Shown here: piece after piece, positions 1-17,469 of the stretch
Numbering within the stretch: the first letter of the stretch is position 1
Layout of the letters: each line of letters begins with the position of its first letter
Assembly: GCF_016433145.1 (NCBI RefSeq)
Contig: NC_058130.1
Location: 647,196,120-647,259,925, forward strand
Direction: 5' to 3'
DNA length: 63,806 bases
From: Gracilinanus agilis
Lineage: Eukaryota
Notes under the pieces: model-generated
The model's database searches: none
What the model saw: only the letters and a program-made list of their open reading frames with translations
What the model was told of the DNA's origin: nothing
Made by a program: the position numbers and the translations under genes

Positions 1-1709
1 CAGTACAGAGTTCAGTTTCTGAAAGGCAATAAGATTTTAACACAGTGAACTGTGTAGTTACTTAAAAGTCTACCTTGCAGGATAAGAGACCCTTAAAATA
101 TGGTTAATTTGGCCACAGAACACTGAGGCTTCACATAAGGAATATTAACTCTACAAACAAAATTTTCTTAAATAATCTATGTTCTCATCACAGTTAATAA
201 TTTTTATATGCACATCATGAGAAAAAGAACTATGTCAGAGTGTTTAGAGTGCTAGGCCTGGAAAAAGGAAGACCAGAGTTCAAGTCCAACCTTATGGATA
301 CTATTTGTAAAATGTCTTAATAAACCAGAAGTGCTATATGAATACTTATTATTACTACATACAGTATTATTTCAGCATAATTTTATTAGAAATTCTTTTG
401 GAGTAAGTAGAGATAAATAGCTACATTGTAGGGAATATTATATAATATTATGTGAGTCCTCTGTTCAATACTCCTCTTATTGCCTATATAATAAATTATA
501 TGCTTCTCTTTTTTGCTTTTAAAGCCTTTGATATTAAGGTTTTTCTCCCCAACTTTTATTTCCAAACTTAATACATATTATTTTCCCTCATGCACTCAAT
601 GCTTGAGCTAATTGGGCCTACTAAACTGAACATTTTCCTAATATAGCATTCCATCTTCCACTTTTGAGACTTTATAAAAGCTCTCTCTTGTGTGTAGACT
701 ACCTTTTTTCCTTCCCTACCACCTGGAACCCCAAGATGCCCTAAAGAGCTTAAGAGACACTTCCTTTAAGGTACCTTTCCTGATTTCCTTGGTTGTTAGC
801 AGAGTCCTTCAAAATCCTTTGTATTATATTCTATATAGTCCTTGTCTTTCTTTTGTATTTATACCCCCAGCATCTTACACATTACTAAGAACTTTGAATG
901 CACTTAATAAGTGCTTACTGATTAAGAAAGATTTGTCAGAAAAAGGTGGTAATAAAAATAGATAGAAAAGCAGGACAGTTTTGAAAATAACATGGAATTT
1001 ATTTTATGCGTGTGCAAAAATGCATGTACTTATCTGTATGCACATACATATGTGTATGTTTTTAAAGCAGTCAGTCAGTAATGGAGCATCATGGCTTTAT
1101 ATACAATACTCTTTTTTTTTGGTGTTCTTCTCCATAATTAGAAATGCTGGGTTGTTGGTGTTTAAATTCAGAATTAAAAAAAAAACACCTTTATTCATGT
1201 CTTCCTCTAACACATATAGAGTCATTTGACTTAAAATTTAAAATCAGTAAATGACTTTAAGCATCATTTAACTTTTTAGTACCTAGACAACTCTAAGATT
1301 TTTAGTTACAGAGGAGTTTGCCAAAGTATGGCAATGAAAGTATATGAATCACTCCACCCTGATGTTATATATTTACAAATGTGTGGATACACATACAGAA
1401 AATCATATCAATGTACACTTGCATATATTATGTATATTAATAATTCTAAACAATCAGACAATTTTCAGAGCTCCCTCTATCAAGACCAATGGAAGATGCT
1501 TTGTAATTTACAATCATAGGGAGGTGCCTAAGGCCCTGCCAAATTAAACGATTTGCCTTGGCTCACATGGGCAGCATCTAAGATACAAATCTGGAATATG
1601 CATTGTCCTGACCTCATGTCCATCTCTTTATTTACTATGACCTAGGGCCTTTCATAAAATATGTTACTTATGCAACATGATGCATTATAATTATCTGTGT
1701 ATCTTAAAA

Positions 1710-1931
1710 TAATAATAACTGCTAACAGTACCTACTAAACTTTCTAAAAATAATCTCATTTGAACCTCACAATAACCCTGGAAGTTGGATGCTATTTTTA
1801 TCCACATTTTACAGTTTAAAATGAAAAAGCAAATGGAGGCTAAGTGATTTGCTCAGGGTCATTCAACTAGGAAGTCTCTGAAGATCCTTTAGGGTCTTTC
1901 TAACTTCAGAACCAGTGCTCTGTCCACTGCA
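1710..1931 (-). mobile_element. MIR-type CORE-SINE (degraded)
   Basis: ctcatttgaacctcacaataaccctgg...cattttacag...aagtgatttgctcagggtca...cagtgctctgtccactgc = reverse complement of the MIR core. Confidence 0.7.
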
Positions 1932-2075
1932 TTTCCTATTCTATTGTATAAGTTTCTTGAGGACATGGATTGTCTTTAACATCATTTCTTATCCCACATC
2001 TAAAAAAATGTTCTTCCTATTGGAGGCACCTAATAGAGGTTCATTATATTTGTTTCTCTATATATCCACTTTCAA

Positions 2076-2483
2076 TTTTTTTAACATTTATTAATATTCA
2101 TTTTTAACATGGTTACATGATTCATGCTCCTACTTCCCCCTTCACCCCCCGCACTCCCCCCACCCATGGCCGACGCACATTTCCACTGGTTTTATCATGT
2201 GTCCTTGATCAAGACCTATTTCCAAATTGTTGGTAGTTGCATTGGTGTGGTAGTTTCGAGTCCACATCCCCAATCATGTCCACCCCAACCCATGCATTCA
2301 AGCATTTGTTTTTCTTCTATGTTTCCTCTCCTGCAGTTCTTCCTCTGAATGTGAGTAGCGTTCTTTACCATAAATCCCTCAGAGCTATCTTGTGTCATTG
2401 CAGTGCTGCTGGTACAGAAGTCCATTACATTCGATTTTACCACAGTATATCAGTCTCTGTGTACAGTGTTCTTCTGGCTCTGC
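2076..2483 (-). mobile_element. 5'-truncated young opossum-type L1 (3' UTR only), antisense in ZFPM2 intron ~145 bp upstream of the exon acceptor
   Basis: Poly-T tail followed by catggttacatgattcatg...gatcaagacctatttcc...gtccattacattcgattttaccacag; homologous to the 3' end of the L1 at 48999-49875. Confidence 0.85.
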
Positions 2484-2626
2484 AAATTTTTCATTTATTT
2501 CATTGACCACTTTTCTAGTTTGAATCATATGAGTGGTCCCTGAGAATAAGAAAATTAAAAGATGCTCTGCTTGCCAATGGCTCTAAACGTACTTAAGTTT
2601 ACATGTACCTGGGTTTCTCTTTTCAG

Positions 2627-2851
2627 AGGACATATTCCCTTGTAAGTCCTGTGGCATTTGGTATCGAAGTGAGAGGAATCTGCAAGCACATCTCATGTAC
2701 TACTGCAGTGGGAGGCAGAGAGATGGGCCCCCAATGACAGAAGAAAATGAAGATGCTCCCCACCAGATATCCAGTGCTTGCCCCTTCCCACAGTGCACCA
2801 AAAGTTTTTCCAATGCCCGAGCCCTGGAAATGCACCTAAATTCTCACAGTG
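2627..2851 (+). CDS. ZFPM2: ZFPM2/FOG-2 penultimate coding exon (zinc finger 1 CCHC at 2641-2706, zinc finger 2 C2H2 at 2779-2847)
   Basis: Acceptor tttctcttttcag ends at 2626, donor G|gtaagt at 2851/2852; 225 bp, phase 1 at both ends. Translates as (E)[74 protein letters not shown](G), recognised as FOG-2 ZF1-ZF2. The ORF track (2695-2907) catches only part of it. Confidence 0.97.
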
Positions 2852-8137
<5,286 letters not shown>

Positions 8138-8258
8138 AAAAAAAAAAATACAAAAACCAACCAACCAACAAACCCATCAGATACCTTTGGTACCCGTGTT
8201 TAGTATCTTGTTCCATGCAGTCCAAGCAGAAGTGCTTGAATGCTATCTGGGCAATCAG

Positions 8259-8493
8259 NNNNNNNNNNNNNNNNNNNNNNNNNNNNNNNNNNNNNNNNNN
8301 NNNNNNNNNNNNNNNNNNNNNNNNNNNNNNNNNNNNNNNNNNNNNNNNNNNNNNNNNNNNNNNNNNNNNNNNNNNNNNNNNNNNNNNNNNNNNNNNNNNN
8401 NNNNNNNNNNNNNNNNNNNNNNNNNNNNNNNNNNNNNNNNNNNNNNNNNNNNNNNNNNNNNNNNNNNNNNNNNNNNNNNNNNNNNNNNNNNNN
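8259..8493. other. Assembly gap (235 N)
   Basis: Run of N. Confidence 1.
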
Positions 8494-8683
8494 ATAGTCA
8501 CAAACAATACAGAAAAAAAGCATTTTAGAAATAGCTTCAAAAGCACTTGTGTATCCTGATTTTTTTCTTATATGCTGTTGCAGATATATGTATATGCTAA
8601 AATATAACTTGCAAGGACATTTTCAATACACATGCTGTAAAGTTCGCCTTAAGATTTCAATTCTTAAATGACCAGGCTCCGTT

Positions 8684-8693
8684 TTGCACTTTA
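8684..8693 (+). promoter_or_regulatory. Overlapping miR-130/301 (TTGCACT) and miR-17/20/93/106 8mer (GCACTTTA) seed matches in 3' UTR
   Basis: Sequence ttttgcactttata at 8682-8695 in AU-rich context; seed complements from established miRNA family seeds. Confidence 0.6.
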
Positions 8694-8843
8694 TATTTTA
8701 GCAGATACAGTCCCTTAGTCATTAGGCTTTGCATTTGTATGTAGCGGTATGTTTCTGTCCATTTTCTTAATCTTAAACATGTACGTTAAATGAAGATGGC
8801 AATTTTTTTCTTGTATAGTACTTGTATTTTCTTTCACTGATGC

Positions 8844-9165
8844 NNNNNNNNNNNNNNNNNNNNNNNNNNNNNNNNNNNNNNNNNNNNNNNNNNNNNNNNN
8901 NNNNNNNNNNNNNNNNNNNNNNNNNNNNNNNNNNNNNNNNNNNNNNNNNNNNNNNNNNNNNNNNNNNNNNNNNNNNNNNNNNNNNNNNNNNNNNNNNNNN
9001 NNNNNNNNNNNNNNNNNNNNNNNNNNNNNNNNNNNNNNNNNNNNNNNNNNNNNNNNNNNNNNNNNNNNNNNNNNNNNNNNNNNNNNNNNNNNNNNNNNNN
9101 NNNNNNNNNNNNNNNNNNNNNNNNNNNNNNNNNNNNNNNNNNNNNNNNNNNNNNNNNNNNNNNNN
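8844..9165. other. Assembly gap (322 N)
   Basis: Run of N. Confidence 1.
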
Positions 9166-10829
9166 GTTTGGAGATTTATTATTTTTGGGGGGGATAGAGG
9201 AAATCGCAGACATAAGATGAGAACAATGAAGACTTCCAAATGTAACTGAATCACTGCAATGAGAGCGTGAAGTGGTGGCAAAGACTGCTGAGAAGTATGG
9301 AAGTCTCCAAATCCTCCTCTCCACCTCTGACATCCCTAGAATTCTGTTTTTCATATAACCAAATAATGGCCAAGCAACAATTTCTTTTGGATATTTAGGT
9401 AGGACTTTAGGGTTTACAAACCACTTTACACATTTTATGAAATCTGATCCTAACAACAGTCTCGGGAGGCAGTCAGTGAATGATTAAATGTTTATTAGGT
9501 TCCTACTATGTGCCAGGAATTATGCTAAATGTTAGGGATATGAAGAAAGGCAAAACAGTCCCAGCTCTCCAGGAGCTCATAGCCTAATGGAGGAGATCAT
9601 TTATGAGATAGATACTACAAACTTTTTTGGCCCAGACTTGTGGTTTTATTAGTATGGGGATCTCTCAAGATCGATATACATTGAACAGCAACTCTTCCAC
9701 TGGGCCCAGAATTTTTGTCCTGTCTCTTCACATCAGAGTAATGACCTTAGACAGCAACTCTTCTGCAATTCATCGCTTTAGAGACTTGCCTGGGTAAATG
9801 GGAGATTAAGTGACTTATCTAAGGTCATATGTGTCAGAGGTAGCACTCGAATCCAGATTTCTTGATTGTAAAGCTAAGTCTTCATGTTCTATTCTTTCCT
9901 GACATTTAAGATATTAAATGAAATTGAGATTGTTGGAATTTATTATTTACCCATGGTTATCTACCTAGCAAGTATCCAGGCCAAAATTTGGATTCTTGTC
10001 ATACCAGATCCAGTGCTTTTTAGATGGTATCATTCTGCCTCCTCTTACATCATACTACCTCTCAAAGAAATACTAGCATTGAACTGCAAAACTAATATGG
10101 TACTTTGATCTAACTATAAAAAACAACATAAAAATATCTGGGAGATCTTATATTGATTGTCCCTCTTCTGGTCCAAATGAAGACCAATTTACTTTAGTGC
10201 AATAAAGATTAACAAAAAAAACAGCATGCCTAACTCATAAATTTTCTGTGATGAAAGTACTCAGGATCTGAAGGATAAAGAAGTCTACAGAAGAGTAAAG
10301 ATTCCCAAATTCACCATTTTCAGTTTAAATTCATTCAACCCACATTAACTAACCAAGCTTTTGTTAAGTGCCTAGCCTGTGGCAGGCACTGGCCTAGGTA
10401 CTGAAAATACAGAGACATCAATTGAAAAGTCCCTACCCTTAAGGTACTACTTAGATTCTTGGGAGGAAGAGTGTTGGGGAAAGGACAACATGAACCCAGT
10501 TAAATTGATAGAGAATATTGATTGACTAAAACCATCCAAGTTATATTGCAAATGCACACCAAACTACTTCTCTTTACAAAGTAATTGTGGAAAATTATTA
10601 CAATGTGGGAGATAAGAGAATTTTATAAAAGAAAGGCAATGTCCCACTTAGCACCCACATTTATTTAAGTAATGTTTTCTGCAGCACGCTCTCCCAACAC
10701 TTATTGTCAAGAATTCTATCAATAAATTCCTGAATTTTCACCTTAATTTATCTGCTACATGCATACCTCTTCCACTTGAGGTAGTGCCCAAAGAACACAC
10801 AGAGAACAGTCCTTCCTGAGTTTATAACT

Positions 10830-11090
10830 GTTTGGTTGTTGCTGGCCTTGGTGCTTAAAGAGGACCAAAATGATGTCACTACATTGGGGCCAATGTACAA
10901 AGTGTCTGATTGGGACTGATCAGACCAATAAGAGTTCGGAAGGCTCTACTATAGGCCAGGTTCAAATAGTCCATGTGAACACTTGTGATGGTAATGAGAA
11001 CTGGAGATGTAATTTGATTCATGCGTAAACCGAATTTAAGTGAGTCAGATTCGCACAAAAGCCATCAGCCTCAGTCTAGCTTCCAGAGTA
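10830..11090 (+). mobile_element. Marsupial RTE-related SINE fragment (WALLSI-like)
   Basis: aaagaggaccaaaatgatgtcac...atttaagtgagtcag...ccatcagcctca...tccagagt shared with the elements at 32250 and 38795. Confidence 0.5.
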
Positions 11091-11094
11091 GTTA

Positions 11095-11335
11095 AAATCC
11101 AGTAGTGAAGTAGATAGAGGGCAAGGCTTGGAGTCAAGAACATTTATCTCCCTGAGTTCAAAGTTGGCTTCAGACAGTTATTATCTGTATGACCCTGGAT
11201 GAGTCACTTAACCTTGTTTACCTCAGTTTTCTCATATGTAAATGTGCTAGAGAAGGAAATGACAAATCACTCTAAAATCTTCACCAAGAAAACCCCAAAC
11301 AGGGTCACAAGGAGTTGAACAGGACAGACCAATAA
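11095..11335 (+). mobile_element. MAR1-type CORE-SINE (MIR core plus RTE-like tail)
   Basis: ggagtcaagaac...gagttcaaa...gtcacttaacc...cctcagttttctcat...agaaggaaatgacaaatcactc...ccaagaaaacccc...gggtcacaagg. Confidence 0.7.
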
Positions 11336-11544
11336 CAAAGCTATTAAGTTTAGTAGAGGATACAAAGGGATTCCTAAAACCTACCTCACAGTTCCTAGAA
11401 GACTCCTAAGGAATTTCATAAAGAATGGGTATTACCCTCAGAATAGATGTTTGAGGGTGGCAGGTTTGGAGGCCCTTAACAAAGCTTCCTAGGATGCACG
11501 AGTTCTATTTCTTGCTTCTTCCTCTTATCAATTACTAACAAATC

Positions 11545-12450
11545 AAACAATAGATTTAATAAGTGCCTAATTGTGTGCCAGGAATTGCGTTAGGTACTAT
11601 GCAAGATAGAAAAATATATTAAAATATATGAAATAATGCCTAAGCCTTCAGGGAGTTTATAGACTGGCTAGAGATACAGTTTCGACACACAAGTGCTAAA
11701 CCATGGTATTAACTCTGAGTGCAACAAGAAGTTCAGAGAAAGATGAGCTCACGTGAGGGCTAGAGCTTTAGGAAACAGATCTGTGGAGCAGGGAGAGTTA
11801 AGATGGGACTTAAAAAATAGGTACAATTTGCCTAAATGGAATGGAAGAGAAATGTTCCAAACAGAAGAAAAAATATGAACAAAGACACAGAAAGAATAAG
11901 GAGAATCTGGTTGTGGTGTATGGGAAGAACAGGGTAGCCACTGACCTGACTGGAGAGCAGTGAAAAATGGGAAGGAGAGCTGCCTATTATGGAAGACTTT
12001 GGAAACTATACAGCCAAGCCTTGGACCCTGGAATAGACTGTAAGGAGGCAGTTTAGAGTCTTGCGTTGCAGAATAACAAGACGCAAGTGATGTTTTAAAT
12101 TTAATAATAATAATTTGAGAGCTATTTGACAGAATAGATAGAGGATGAAGGTATAGGAAAGAAATATTGCTTATGAAGAGAAGGGGAGTAATTAAGATTA
12201 TCCAATAAATCATGTATGAAGAGCTTTTGAATGGAGCCGTCGTGGAGAGTGCAAAAGATATTTTAGGAGGACAAATGGCAAAGTTTGGCAGTTTGGGAGA
12301 CAAATTGGAAATAGGGCATGAAGGTAAGAGAAAAGTTTAAAAAGTTACCAATATCTCCAATGAACACAATGCTAACATTAAACTGGTAACTAAAAACTAG
12401 GAACAATTTAGAGAAGACAATAATGAGTTCGGTTTGAGACTTGTTGAACC
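11545..12450 (-). mobile_element. L2 LINE remnant
   Basis: Starts with the reverse complement of the L2 3' end (atttaataagtgcctaattgtgtgccagg) followed by a purine-rich body. Confidence 0.65.
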
Positions 12451-13269
12451 TTGAGTTTAAGACTGAAGATGTCCTCTGGGGGAGTAAAATAATATTGATG
12501 ATAATTATAAAAAACTAACATTTATATAGCAACAATGTACCAAATGCCATACTAAGTGTTCCAAATATATAAATACATATATATATATATAATCTCATTT
12601 GATCCTCATAATAATCTAAGATGGAAGTGCTATTATTATCCATATATTAAGATGGAGAAACTGAAGAACACATAGGTTAAGTGACTTCCCAGACACACAG
12701 CTAATAAATGTCTAATATTATATTTGATCTTTGGTCTACCTGATTCTAGACCCAGTGTTCTATCCACTAAGCTTTAGGGACAGGGTAATTCATGCTTCAC
12801 AGTCCAAATTTAACTTTATAAAGCATTGCTCTTAGAACTATGTGGCTGATGAAGTGGATAGATGCTTGGATTTGGTGTTGGAAAACCTGAAGCTTTCAAA
12901 TTTGACTTCAGTCATTTAATAGCTATGTCACCATGGGCAAGTCAACCATTCTTTGCTTTAGTTTCTTCAATTCTAAAATTGAGTCATAAATGCACCCATT
13001 TCACAAGATTGTTGTAAAAATCAAATGAAATAATACTTGTAAAGAACTTTTAAAAGTACCTGGTACATAGAAGGTACCTGATTAGTGCATGTGCTCTTTT
13101 CCTATATTAAGCATACTGCTTATCTTTAAATTTTAAAAAAGCCCACAAGTTGCTCAAGAAATATAGTTGACCATAGAAAACAACAACAACAGCAATAAAA
13201 TTTACTTGTGAGTTTCCTGGTCAGCTAATGTCTATTTAGCATCTTTTTTTTTGTTGCTATCTCTGTATT

Positions 13270-14330
13270 GAACATTATGTCTATTTTCTCTGTTCTCAGA
13301 TCTAGATCAGCCCTAACTTCCCTTTTTGCCATCAAACTTTCATTTAACTGCCAATTATACATCTTGAATTAGATGCCCTATAGATATCCAAATTGGATCT
13401 TGGAATTCAAACTGAACTCATTATCTTTTCTCTCCAAACCCATCCTTTTCCTATTTTTCCTTTTTTCTTTAGATGGTATGACTCTCCTCCCAGTCACCAA
13501 GGCTCTCAACCTAATTGTTATCTTTGATTTCTCTGTCCTCATATCAAATCTACTGTTAAATCCTGATGGTTTGACTTTTCTTAACATCTTTCACTTATGC
13601 CCCCTTCTCTCCTCTGACACTGGCATCACCTTGATATAGTCTCTCATCCCCTCATGCCTAGACTATTGTAATAGCCTGCTGATAGAAATCCTTGCCTCTC
13701 CCCATTCCAGTCTACTTTCCATTCAGCTGTCAAATTGATCTTCTTGAAACATGGATATGGACATGTCATTCCCCCAGTCAGTCATCTCTAGGGGCTCCCT
13801 ATCACTTCCAGGATCAAATATAAAAACCTCTGATATCCAAATCCATTTATAACTTGTTTACTCCTCCAATCCCCTCACAAACTCTTTCCCTTTCTTCTTA
13901 TACCTTTAATCACAACTGTGTACCTTTGTTCCTATGCCACTGGTCTCTGTACCGTTTCCTGCACAAGACATTTCCTCTCACAGCTTTGCATGTTCTCTGG
14001 CTCTCCTCTAAGCCTAGAATTCTCTCTGTTCTCTTCTCCACCTTGTCAGTTCGCTGTCTTTCTTTAAGTCCCATCTACAACTTCACCCTCTGCAACAATT
14101 CTCTCCTGAATACCTCCCTTTATCACCTTTTATTCCAGGGTCTTCCCTAACCATATATGTGATGAATTACATACATATATGTACATATTTGCATATAAAT
14201 TCTGCACCTCATAGTTTTCATGTTGTCTTCCCCATTAGATTGTAAGATCCTTGACATCTAGGACTATCTTTGCTTTTCTTTGTATCACCAGGGCTTAGTC
14301 AAGTGCCTGGCATATCGTATTTGCTTTAAA
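13270..14330 (+). mobile_element. L2 LINE 3' remnant
   Basis: Pyrimidine-rich body (aaactgaactc...ctcccagtcacc...tagactattgtaatagcc) ending cccattagattgtaagatcc...gtgcctggcatat. Confidence 0.75.
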
Positions 14331-14504
14331 AAATAAAAAGAAAAATGTGTTGATCCAGCTTGCCTATGACAGATCTAGAAGAATTATATGGCGTAGTCCC
14401 TATCTTCAATGTACTTGATAAGAAAAGATATTTGTACATTCACTTCACATCTAGTGAATGATTGAAAACAATACTGTTTCAAAGTTTAAATTTTTCTGGA
14501 AATT

Positions 14505-14725
14505 TTTTTTCATTTGTTTTCAGTTATGTCTGTCTCTTCATGACTTCATTTGGTATTTTCTTGGCAAAGATAATGGAATGCTTTGTCATTTCCTTCTCCA
14601 GCTTACTTTATAGATGAGGAAATTGAGACAAACAGGGTTAAGGGACTTGCTCAGGTTAGCATAGCTAGTAAATGCCTGAGGCCAAATTAAAATTCCCAGT
14701 TCCAAGTCCAGTGATCTACCCACTA
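14505..14725 (-). mobile_element. MAR1-type CORE-SINE
   Basis: gtattttcttggcaaagataatggaatg...ccttctccagc...tagatgaggaaattgagaca reverse-complement pattern. Confidence 0.7.
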
Positions 14726-15208
14726 TTTCACCTGTTAAATATAACCTATCATATATGTCATGGAACACTCCAAGATATCTAACCTGTCCTTTTCTGGAAT
14801 TAAGAGAAGGGAAGAGATCAACAACCACAAAATTGCAGAATGGAATAGGTAAGGAAAGCTTCTTAGAAAACAAGGGACTTGGATGAGAAAGGTAGAATTA
14901 AAAGAAAAGGAGAGGTGAAGGAGCACATTCATGGTGGGAGACATTAAGTGTAATGGCAAAAATATTGAAAGATATAGTAGATGGGTGAGAAGAATTGATG
15001 TCCTTGAAGTAGAATGTTCATACTTATGAGTGAAGGGCAAGAAGTATTCAAATCATGGAAGAATATATATAAGTGTGGGAAACAGATAGAAGATGAAGAA
15101 GAAAACTCCTAAATTTGTATCACAAGGAGACTGAGAAAATAGTGATATCATTGACAGACATGCTCTATCACTGTGAAGGCTTGATTTAGTGCCAAAAACC
15201 ATGGGTAC

Positions 15209-15621
15209 GGGGGCAGCTGGGTAGCTCAGTGGAATGAGAGCCAGGCATAGAGACAGGAGGTCCTAGGTTCAAATCCGGCCTCAGACACTTCCTAGCTGTG
15301 TGACCTTGGACAAGTCACTTAGCTTCCATTGCCCAGCCCAATGATGGGCAAACTACAGCCCGTGGGCCAGATGCAGCCCCCTGAAATGTTCTATCTGGCT
15401 ACATGGCATTATTCCTACTCTGATGAATGCGATGAGAAGGATACAATACAATGAAACTTCAAAAGAGTTGCCTTAGAAACAGACTGACAGATGAGCATTT
15501 CCTTTCCTTTGGCCCCCTCTTTAAAAAGTTTGCCCATCACTGGCTTAGCCCTTACTGCACTTCCGCCTTGGAGCCAATACACAGTATTGACTCAAAGACT
15601 GAAGATAAGGGTTTTAAAAAA
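15209..15621 (+). mobile_element. Opossum-type tRNA-derived SINE (SINE1_Mdo-like), interrupted by a hAT MITE
   Basis: gggggcagctgggtagctcagtgg (A box) ... ggttcaaatcc (B box) ... aagtcactt; resumes after the MITE and ends aagggttttaaaaaa. Confidence 0.9.
15339..15542. mobile_element. Non-autonomous hAT (Charlie-like) MITE, 204 bp
   Basis: 16-bp TIRs CAATGATGGGCAAACT / AGTTTGCCCATCACTG (15/16 match); 8-bp TSD GCCCAGCC (15331-15338) / GCTTAGCC (15543-15550), each one change from GCCTAGCC of the host SINE. Confidence 0.92.
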
Positions 15622-15632
15622 GCCATGGGGGA

Positions 15633-15816
15633 GGGGGGCAGCTGGGTAGCTCAATGGATGAGAGCCAGGCCTAGAGATAGGAGGTCCTAGGTTCAAATCT
15701 GGCCTCAGATACTTCCCAGCTGTGTGACCCTGGGCAAGTCACTTGACCCCCATTGCCTACCCTTACCAATACACAGTATTGACTCCAAGATGGAAGGTAA
15801 GGGTTTTTTAAAAAAA
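15633..15816 (+). mobile_element. Second opossum-type SINE in tandem
   Basis: ggggggcagctgggtagctcaatgg...ggttcaaatctggcctcag...aagggttttttaaaaaaa, flanked by AAAAAGCCATGG on both sides. Confidence 0.9.
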
Positions 15817-16559
15817 GCCATGGCTACAATTCTGGACTCTGTTATCTACTACTTATGTGTCATTTAGCAAGCCATTTAATCTCTCAGGGCCAAATTTTTC
15901 TCAACTGTAAAATAAAGGGGGTAGACAAGATGGTTTCTAAGGTTCCTTCCAAGTCAAAATCCATGATTACAAGATCCATGAAATATAGAGCACAAACAGG
16001 GCCACTGGGAAAAAAATAACAGCAAAAACAACAACAACAACGATGATGATTAAAATATAGAAAAGTAAGAAAAGAGGATTAAGAATAACTGATATTTATA
16101 TACTTTAAAGTTTACAAAGTATTTGATATACTTTATTTCATGTAATCCTCACAATCCCATGAGATAAATGCTACAGACACTATTGCCCCAACTTTGCAGA
16201 TATGGAAACTTAGGCTCAGATTTTATTGATTTGCCCATGGGTATACTGAGCATAAATGGCTATACTGGCTCCTTGTCTTAACATTTTCATATTATACCTT
16301 CAATTAAATGACATTTAATTAGAAATATACAATTATAGATATTAAGTGGGAGAGAGAGAAATTTCTACTTACTCAAAGGACATTTAACCTTGACTATAAT
16401 TCTGTTTTAATACATTTCATTTATTGTCACTGGTGTGTATATATCTATGTATGGTGCCTGCACACACTAGGGGAAGGGGAATGGCTAATCAGAATGGCAC
16501 CCCCCAAGGTCTACCAATCTACTCTCTATAATTCCTACATTTAGTGTGTCATATAGCTT

Positions 16560-16800
16560 AATATGTTGTCCAGTCATTTCAGCTGTGTGTGACTTTTTGT
16601 GACCCTATTTGGAGTTTTCTTGGCAAAGGTACTAGAGAGGTTTGATATTTTCTTCTCCAGCTCATTTTATGGTTGAGGATTTGAAGCAGTTAAGTGATTT
16701 ACCCAGGGTCAAACAGCTAGTAATATAAGAGACTGTATTTGAACTCAGGAAGATGAGAATTCCTGATTCCAAACTCAGTGCTCTATCCACTATGCAACCT
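16560..16800 (-). mobile_element. MAR1-type CORE-SINE
   Basis: ttgtccagtcatttcag...gaccctatttggagttttcttggcaaag...cttctccagctcattt...cagtgctctatccact. Confidence 0.7.
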
Positions 16801-17469
16801 GTCACATGCAGCCTATCATATCTATTCTTGTAACCTAATGTATATCATGAAGGATGAGCTTATATTTCTCTTGATGAATTGCATTTGGATATGAATAAAA
16901 AGTTGTAATATTTTATAATCGCATATTATAAAACAATCTAGATACAATTTCAAATTCTAAAGGAAGAATCATCACCAGTGCTATGGATACAGAATTTAGA
17001 ATTAGAATTTTAGAGACAGAAAATATGTTTAAGACAACACTTTTATTTCACCATGAGGAATTGGAAGCCTAAAGAGTAAAGCTAAAGGATTTGCCTCATG
17101 TAACAGAGGCACAGGTTTAGAGTCATAACTAACTATGATCAAATCTTTTGTCTTACATAAAAAGACTGCAAGAGTGGTCAATAGACTATAAACATAATAT
17201 GGGCCAATGGTAACATGAAAACCAAAAGCCCAAATGTTTTCTCAAGACTATTATTTAAAGCATACTGTCTATAATGAAGGGGATTTATTGGATCATAGAC
17301 CTAAAGTTGGAAAGGTCTATTAATTCACTTGCAGAAATCTCTAACATAATTTTCTTCTTTAAATCATTATAGTATTTCATATTTATGGAATGGAATCTTA
17401 AACTTCATTGAAAAATGTCATTGAGTGAAAGTCCCTTTAATTTGCACATGGAAGCTAAAGCACAAATTG

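Larger units (their letters stand above)
8138..9170 (+). other. ZFPM2: ZFPM2 3' UTR (end approximate; polyadenylation signal presumably inside the second gap)
   Basis: TE-free AU-rich sequence after the stop; no AATAAA in the visible UTR; GT/T-rich sequence right after the second gap (9166-9190) resembles a downstream element; repeats resume at ~9470. Confidence 0.7.

Noticed and set aside
11749-12303. 184-aa minus-strand ORF
   Set aside because: Lies within an L2 remnant, starts on a non-ATG codon, low-complexity S/L/F composition.
15209-15300. Pol III A and B boxes resembling tRNA genes (also at 15633, 22812, 35096, 38407, 63164)
   Set aside because: tRNA-derived SINE heads with A-tails and TSDs; no cloverleaf.
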